Assembly (NCBI GenBank): GCA_944376795.1
Contig: CALWDW010000001.1
Coordinates: forward strand, 8,915 to 72,914
Origin: an uncultured Christensenellaceae bacterium
GTDB taxonomy: Bacteria > Bacillota > Clostridia > Christensenellales > UMGS416
DNA length: 64,000 nt
Direction of reading: 5' to 3'
The notes under the pieces were generated by a model. That model had not been told where the DNA came from. It ran no database searches and saw nothing but the letters and a program-made list of their open reading frames with translations. The position numbers and the translations under genes were made by a program. Shown here piece by piece: positions 58,487 to 64,000 of this stretch; positions within the stretch are counted from its first letter, which is position 1; each line of letters opens with the position of its first letter.

Positions 58487-58551
58487 AGAAGCGGATTTAT
58501 ATAATTATTCATTAAATCCTACTCTATTCAAATCATTTGCAGGAGGAAACC

Positions 58552-59727
58552 ATGGAATTATTCGAAAAATGCTTCGCCTACGATGAACCACAGCGGGCCA
58601 TGGAAGCGGGAATCTACCCCTACTTTCACGCGCTCTCCACCGCCCAGGACACCGAGGTAGAGATGGACGGCCACAGCATCATTATGCTGGGCTCCAACAA
58701 CTATCTGGGCCTGGTCAACGACCCGCGCCTCAAGCGCGCCGCCATTGCCGCCATTGAACAGTATGGCACCGGCTGCTCCGGATCCCGTTTTCTCAACGGA
58801 ACCTTGGTGCTCCATGAGGAGCTGGAGCGCGAGTTCGCGGATTTTTTCCACAAAGATGCCGCTCTGTCCTTCTCCACAGGATTTCAGACCAATCTGGGCA
58901 TTATTTCCGCTATTGTGGATCATCACGACTATATTCTTAATGACTCCGAAAACCATGCTAGCATTGTAGACGCCACCCGCCTCGCCTATTGCAAGAAGCA
59001 CCTCAAATTCCAGCACTCCGACATGGAAGACTTGGAGCGGAAGCTTCAACGTCTCCCCGCAGATGCCGGCAAGCTCATTATTACAGACGGCATTTTCTCC
59101 ATGAGCGGTGAAATCGCCAAACTGCCAGAGATTATCTCCCTGGCGCGCCGGTACGGGGCGCGGGTCATGGTAGACGACGCCCATGGCGCCGGTATGATTG
59201 GCGAAGGAGGGCGTGGGACCGCTTCCTATTATGGGCTTGAGGAAGAAACCGACATTATTATGACCACATTTTCCAAGTCCTTCGGTTCCTTGGGTGGCAT
59301 CATTGCGGCCAATGCCCAGGTCATCAACTTCGTCAAGCACCGCTCCCGGCCGTTTATCTTCAGCGCCTCCATTCCACCGGCCAACGCCGCCGCAGCCCTA
59401 GAAGCGCTCCGTATCCTCCGCGCCGAACCCCAGCGTGTGGATGCCCTCCGCAGCGTCGCCGACTTGATGCGCCAAAAGCTCCGAGAAGCCCAGATTCCTA
59501 TCATGGAAGGTTCCACCGCCATCATCCCCATCTTCACTTATGGCCGAGACCGTACCTTCATTGCCGCCAAGCTTCTCTTTGAAAACGGCGTATATGTCAA
59601 CCCCGTTATTCCTCCGGCGGTCCCCGATGGCTCGTGCCTGCTGCGTACCAGTTACACGGCTACCCATACTCCGGAGCAAATGGATCGAGCTGCGGCCATC
59701 ATCCAGCGTGTTCTGTCCTCGATCTAG
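58552..59727 (+). CDS. Alpha-oxoamine synthase, serine palmitoyltransferase-like
   Basis: GIYPYF, GSNNYLGL, GTGCSGSRFLNGT, STGFQTNLG, HASI, DGIFSM, DDAH, TFSKS (PLP Lys), VNPVIPPAVP, LLRTS. The family is certain; SPT specificity is inferred from motifs. Confidence 0.8.
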   Translation: MELFEKCFAYDEPQRAMEAGIYPYFHALSTAQDTEVEMDGHSIIMLGSNNYLGLVNDPRLKRAAIAAIEQYGTGCSGSRFLNGTLVLHEELEREFADFFHKDAALSFSTGFQTNLGIISAIVDHHDYILNDSENHASIVDATRLAYCKKHLKFQHSDMEDLERKLQRLPADAGKLIITDGIFSMSGEIAKLPEIISLARRYGARVMVDDAHGAGMIGEGGRGTASYYGLEEETDIIMTTFSKSFGSLGGIIAANAQVINFVKHRSRPFIFSASIPPANAAAALEALRILRAEPQRVDALRSVADLMRQKLREAQIPIMEGSTAIIPIFTYGRDRTFIAAKLLFENGVYVNPVIPPAVPDGSCLLRTSYTATHTPEQMDRAAAIIQRVLSSI

Positions 59728-59785
59728 CTAGGGGTCCTGCCGGCGGATCGTCCAGGCTGTCTGCCAAGGAATTCTGCCATAATAC

Positions 59786-59828
59786 AAAAAGGCGCCCGAT
59801 AGAAGCATCGGGCGCCTTGTCCTTTCTT
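59786..59828. terminator. Bidirectional terminator between the SPT-like gene and the acyltransferase
   Basis: AAGGCGCCCGAT / ATCGGGCGCCTT 12-bp stem with flanking A- and T-rich tails. Confidence 0.8.
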
Positions 59829-61154
59829 CTAGGAACGGGACATGGCATTAATACTCTGGTACAGATAATCTGCGATGCGCTTTTTCTCCTCTGTAGAAGG
59901 ATTCTCGGGATTGTATTGGGTACCCCGCCCAATGGTGATGGTGCGGCGCGTTTTATCACAGTATACAGGATAAAAGGTCAGGCGCTTTCCTGTCTTACGA
60001 TGGTAGCGCGTTCCCAAGGAGATGAAGCCGGTATGTAGGCTGTGAATCCCGCGGCGCGCATACTTGGTATCGCCATCCGCCGAAGGATTCTCCGGAAATA
60101 TCAGAACATTATCCATCTGCTGCAGGGACTCAACCGTCATGTTAATGGTTTTCAGCACATCCTTTCCGGTGCTAATATAGACAGGAACCGGATCAAAGGT
60201 GGTCAAAACCTTGGTGGCCAGCGGCGCCAGCCAATGGGCCAGCCTGTGCTTTGTCCGCGTGGATAGAAAACGAAAGCCATTTTCAAAGGTCCCCTTGTAC
60301 ATGTGCTCAATGGCAATGGTCTCATCCAGCATGTGATAGGTTACCCACGTGCGACACTTGATAGGAAAGTACAGCGTCATGGCAATGGGACCGTAAATCT
60401 CACCATGATTGCAGATAAAAACATTGGCATAGGGATCCGTGACATTGGACAGGCCCATTGTCTGGTGACGGTAAAAGGGACGAATGATATCCATCAGCAG
60501 GCGTACCCAAAATGCTCTGCGGTGAGGTTCCACCAAGATCCCCTCCAGTTTTTCACGAAGAGCCTGACTTTCCTCTCGGGTAAGGAAGCGGACTTTCTCC
60601 AGTGCGTCGCGCTCCAACGGCTGGATTAGCGCGCAATACAGCGCCATGATCCACAGAGCCATACTAGCCATGTGGCACAGTCCTTCCAAAAAAACCGGCA
60701 GCCGGATCCCTGTACAAGCCCACCCCAGCGCCATGGCAGGCGGAAGGCAGAACCAGACCCATCGATGCTGCGGCAGGCAGACCGTCCGCAATACGGAGGA
60801 GACCTCCTTAAACTCCCGTCCCCATCGCAGGCAGGCAATGCCCACCAAGGCGGACCCAACACCAGCCAAGCCTCCAATCAGCAGAAAGCTGAACACGCGG
60901 CGTTCCCACCATCGCCAAATAAACAGCGCCGACATGATGAGCACGGCTCCCAACAAATACATATCTCCGTTTTCCATGTGCACACGGCGCAGGCACAGTC
61001 CCCCGATGGCAGCCGTTGCCAGCAGCGCCAGCGTCTGTGCGGAGTATCCGCGCCGAAAAAAGAACAGAATCCCCAAAGAAAAGCCAAGAATCGACAAGAA
61101 AACCATGGTATGATAAATACGGTAGGAAGCCATCTCCCGTCTTTGTTCCTGCAT
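59829..61154 (-). CDS. Multi-TM membrane protein fused to a PlsC/LPLAT-like acyltransferase domain
   Basis: About 170-aa hydrophobic N-terminus; NVFICNHGEIYGP (block I variant), PVPVY, VLIFPEN (block III variant), FYPVY. Confidence 0.75.
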   Translation of the reverse strand: MQEQRREMASYRIYHTMVFLSILGFSLGILFFFRRGYSAQTLALLATAAIGGLCLRRVHMENGDMYLLGAVLIMSALFIWRWWERRVFSFLLIGGLAGVGSALVGIACLRWGREFKEVSSVLRTVCLPQHRWVWFCLPPAMALGWACTGIRLPVFLEGLCHMASMALWIMALYCALIQPLERDALEKVRFLTREESQALREKLEGILVEPHRRAFWVRLLMDIIRPFYRHQTMGLSNVTDPYANVFICNHGEIYGPIAMTLYFPIKCRTWVTYHMLDETIAIEHMYKGTFENGFRFLSTRTKHRLAHWLAPLATKVLTTFDPVPVYISTGKDVLKTINMTVESLQQMDNVLIFPENPSADGDTKYARRGIHSLHTGFISLGTRYHRKTGKRLTFYPVYCDKTRRTITIGRGTQYNPENPSTEEKKRIADYLYQSINAMSRS

Positions 61155-61431
61155 GCATTCACCTCAAACCGAACTCGTACGTATTATACCGCGTTCTCCC
61201 TTTTCTACATAGGCCAGAATGATCCGTTTTTTAACAAGATTCTCAGGCAGTGTTCAAATACTCTAGCGCTTAGCACGCGATCCACCTGCACATTTGGGCA
61301 AATTCTTGGGCTTTCGGCAGCACCAGAGGCTGAGAAGCACACGGGAAGGTTGATGTTTTGGCAAGCTTGCTGTATCATAAGGAAGGCCAGAAGAGCCACC
61401 GCCTCTTTCAATCACGAAGGGATGATGCCGC

Positions 61432-61875
61432 ATGGATGCTACCGATATTAAAATCCTCCGAATATTGCATGACAACGCCCGAGAAAACGCTTCGGTCATT
61501 TCCGATCGCATCAACATGAGCGTATCGGCAGTCATCGAACGCATTCGAAAGCTGGAATCTCAGGGCGTCATCAAAGGATATACCGCCATCGTGGATGAAG
61601 GACTGATTGGAAATGATGTCCTCGCCTATGTCTCCGTAGGAACCGAACATCCCAAGTACAACGAGGCCTTTGTCGCGTATGTCCAGCAATGCGACAGCAT
61701 CGTAGAGTGTAACTATATCGCAGGAGATTTGGACTTTATGCTCAAGGTCAGCGTTCCCTCAACCAAAGATTTGGAGCGGCTTCTCAACGAAATTAAAAGC
61801 GTCCGCGGCGTTTCTCTCACCCGCACGGTCGTTGCCCTCTCTACCGTAAAGAACCAGTACACCATCTGTCCCTAG
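61432..61875 (+). CDS. Lrp/AsnC-family regulator
   Basis: MDATDIKILRILHDNAR..S.I...INMSVSAVIERIRKLESQGVIKGY; AGDLDF; upstream TTGATG-17-TATCAT. Confidence 0.92.
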   Translation: MDATDIKILRILHDNARENASVISDRINMSVSAVIERIRKLESQGVIKGYTAIVDEGLIGNDVLAYVSVGTEHPKYNEAFVAYVQQCDSIVECNYIAGDLDFMLKVSVPSTKDLERLLNEIKSVRGVSLTRTVVALSTVKNQYTICP

Positions 61876-61923
61876 CATTCACTTGTGCTGGCTTTCCTAG
61901 ATTGGCAAAAAGGAGGTTTTCCG

Positions 61924-62805
61924 ATGAAGTGGACCATGGCAGCCGAAGGCGGTGCCATTCGTACGGTGTTTTCCTGCGGCGTTATGGACGCCCTTTTGGA
62001 AGCCGGATTCTTGCCGGATCGCTTTGTGGGGACTTCTGCCGGAATCGCTTATGGCGTCTCGTATATTTCACGCCAGCGCGGCCGCAACTTAGAAATTTTG
62101 GAGCGATATGTTCACGATTCTCGCTACATGGGCTGGCGCAATCTTTTTCGTCCCGGAAACCGCAGCTACTACGGTCTGCGCTTCGTTTTCCAGGAGATTC
62201 CTGAGAAGTGGATCCCGTTTGATTTTGACTGTTTTGCGGCTTATTCTGGGGAGGTACTGGCTGTGGTAACCGACGTACATACCGGCCAGCCGCAATATCT
62301 GCCCGTCCCCCGGCGTGACGCTTCCTTCTCCGTACTACAGGCAAGCTGTGCCCTTCCATTGCTCTTTCCCATGATCGAGATCGATGGGCATCTATACCTG
62401 GATGGAGGCATCACCGATCCCGTCCCTTACCGGAAGGCCATGGAAGGCGGATATGAAAAATGCATCGTCATTTTGACCCGAGAATCCGGCTATCGCAAGA
62501 CGCATTCCGGTGGTGAGGCCGCTGCTTCCAGGCTCTATTTTCGTTACCCTCGTCTGGCGGAAGCACTTCGCCGCAGAGCCAGCGTCTATAACCAGCAGCG
62601 GCAGGAAATCGAAGACTGGGAACGGCAGGGAAAACTACTTGTGCTCCGCCCGGAAAGCACCCAAGGGTTTGGTCGGCTGGAAAAAGACCTGGAAAAAATC
62701 CGCCTTCTCTACCAGCAGGGATATCAAATTGCCTGGAAGCGAATGGATGACATTGCCGCCTATCTCCAGCATCCTACTTCCCTTGAATCCCGCCAATCTC
62801 CTTAG
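61924..62805 (+). CDS. Patatin-like phospholipase family protein
   Basis: EGGAIR glycine loop, GTSAG (GxSxG), ASCALP, LDGGITD; AAGGAGG RBS. Confidence 0.88.
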   Translation: MKWTMAAEGGAIRTVFSCGVMDALLEAGFLPDRFVGTSAGIAYGVSYISRQRGRNLEILERYVHDSRYMGWRNLFRPGNRSYYGLRFVFQEIPEKWIPFDFDCFAAYSGEVLAVVTDVHTGQPQYLPVPRRDASFSVLQASCALPLLFPMIEIDGHLYLDGGITDPVPYRKAMEGGYEKCIVILTRESGYRKTHSGGEAAASRLYFRYPRLAEALRRRASVYNQQRQEIEDWERQGKLLVLRPESTQGFGRLEKDLEKIRLLYQQGYQIAWKRMDDIAAYLQHPTSLESRQSP

Positions 62806-62809
62806 AGGC

Positions 62810-62850
62810 AAAAAAGCGCCCCACCCTCTTACGGGCTGGGGCGCCTTCTT
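62810..62850. terminator. Bidirectional terminator
   Basis: GCGCCCCA.CCC / GGG.TGGGGCGC stem between convergent genes. Confidence 0.7.
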
Positions 62851-62855
62851 GTGCC

Positions 62856-64000
62856 TTAGGCGTCAAAGGTCATTTCCACCGAGAGCGGTTCCATTCCCAA
62901 AAGTTCACAGCTGCGCCGGTCGGGCTGAGAAATCCCCGCATAAATCCTGTAGTGGCTGCCATCCAGGATCCTTTCTCCCTCTTCATTAACCACCATCCAG
63001 GAGGTTGGTGTAATTTCCAGCGTCACCTTCCGCCGCTCGCCCGGAGAAAGGGTTACGCGCCGAAAGGCCACGAGACTGTGATTCCGGGGCGCATAGGGAG
63101 AATCAAAATTCTTCAGATAGCACTGCACTACTTCGTCAATGGTATATTCTCCCACATTTTCGATCCACAGGGACACGGTACCCGTTCCCTCCGGCGATCG
63201 GGAGACCTCCATGCTATCCAGGCGCACCCGGCTGTAGGTCAGACCATAACCAAAGGGGTAGAGGCTATCGCCCTCCATATAACGATATGTGCGCCCCTTC
63301 ATGCTGTAATCGGTAAAGTCAGGCAGCTCCTCAAGGGTGCGATAAAAGGTTATGGGAAGCTTTCCGCTGGGGGAAACCCGTCCAAAGAGAATGTCCGCCA
63401 CCGCTTCTCCGCCATGGCTGCCCGGATACCAGCAGTCCAATATGGCGGCGCAGTTTTCGTCCGCCCACGAAATGGCCAAGGCGCTGCCGGCGCCCAGCAC
63501 CAGGATAACGGGCTTGCCCAAGGCGGTCACCGCTTCCAGCAGCTTTTGCTGGCGGCCGGGAAGCTCCAGCGTAACCTTGTCGCCGCTGGCCTGGGCATTT
63601 CCCGCATCACCCTGCTCTCCTTCCAGCCGCGCGTCCATCCCTAGGCAAAGGATGACCACATCCGCCTTTCGGGCGGCAATGACAGCTTCGGAAATCCGAT
63701 CATCAGCCTGTGCCAGGCCCTCCACCCGATCGGCAAAAAGATGGCAACCCTCGGAATAGTAGATGCGGGCCATATCCCCCACCCGCTGGCGGATTCCATC
63801 CAAAATGGTAGTATATTGGGAGGCGGTTCCGTAGTAATTGCCGCGAAGCATCTCCCTGCTGTCGGCATTAGGGCCTATAACCGCAATACTCGTGATTTTG
63901 TCGCCGTCCAAGGGAAGAATCCCGTTATTTTTCAGCAGCACCATCGACCGTCTGGCCGCCTCGAGTGATACGGCGTTGTGCGCAGCGCAATCATTGACCT
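62856..64000 (-). CDS. Glycoside hydrolase family 3 (beta-xylosidase/glucosidase), C-terminal part; runs off the window end
   Basis: VLLKNNGILPL, IAVIGPNAD, EGEQGD, WYPG, PSGKLPITF, GRTYRY, LYPFGYGLTY and a Fn3-like tail; the frame stays open to 63998. Confidence 0.93.
   Translation of the reverse strand, partial: VNDCAAHNAVSLEAARRSMVLLKNNGILPLDGDKITSIAVIGPNADSREMLRGNYYGTASQYTTILDGIRQRVGDMARIYYSEGCHLFADRVEGLAQADDRISEAVIAARKADVVILCLGMDARLEGEQGDAGNAQASGDKVTLELPGRQQKLLEAVTALGKPVILVLGAGSALAISWADENCAAILDCWYPGSHGGEAVADILFGRVSPSGKLPITFYRTLEELPDFTDYSMKGRTYRYMEGDSLYPFGYGLTYSRVRLDSMEVSRSPEGTGTVSLWIENVGEYTIDEVVQCYLKNFDSPYAPRNHSLVAFRRVTLSPGERRKVTLEITPTSWMVVNEEGERILDGSHYRIYAGISQPDRRSCELLGMEPLSVEMTFDA

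Noticed and set aside
58552-59727. Default annotation as 8-amino-7-oxononanoate synthase (bioF) or glycine C-acetyltransferase (kbl)
   Set aside because: Motifs fit SPT better and there are no bioADW or tdh neighbours; not formally excluded without a phylogeny.
61205-61411. 68-aa ORF and a TPP-riboswitch-like CTGAGA in the acyltransferase-Lrp spacer
   Set aside because: The ORF overlaps the Lrp promoter, and the remaining TPP core (CCC, ACCTGA, AGCGTAGG) is absent.
1-64000. CRISPR arrays, tRNA/rRNA, IS elements, integrases, defence systems
   Set aside because: I saw no regularly spaced repeats, tRNA T-loop signatures, transposase/integrase motifs or defence domains when reading both strands.

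Overview
A gene-dense chromosomal segment from a spore-forming Clostridia-type firmicute (spoVT, gerW/ytfJ, scpAB and sigma-F/G-like promoters; an anaerobic, probably gut-associated lifestyle is inferred from the gene content). I found no rRNA, tRNA, CRISPR array, transposase or phage genes. Contents in order: a Na+-translocating biotin decarboxylase operon carrying two different carboxyltransferases; the rluB-dac-gerW-ytfI-scpB-scpA-nth block; a cysteine desulfurase; an L-fucose locus (GH29, LacI, FucU, aldo-keto reductase) next to a beta-helix protein; peptidase E, ECF-S, CtpA, CdaR and MsmX; an HlyD/ABC/MacB-type exporter; GntR, ddh and gpmI-tpiA-pgk; trmL; two MFS transporters; fhs; several glycan-processing genes (an uncharacterised (alpha/alpha)6-like protein, GH43, a mutarotase-like protein, GH51, GH3); spoVT; an amidohydrolase; an RND exporter with TetR; iorAB-paaK; a sulfatase; and a lipid cluster. 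The best candidate for an undescribed system is at 58.5-62.8 kb: a serine-palmitoyltransferase-like alpha-oxoamine synthase with Bacteroidetes-type motifs, convergent with a membrane-anchored PlsC-like acyltransferase whose HX4D motif reads HX4G, followed by an Lrp regulator and a patatin. This suggests non-canonical sphingolipid or amino-lipid synthesis in a firmicute. The second best is a leader-peptide and hairpin attenuator in front of a Mef-like MFS pump (36.0-36.15 kb). All family assignments come from motif recognition and recall; no database searches were run. Several start codons were moved from the ORF track to RBS-supported positions.
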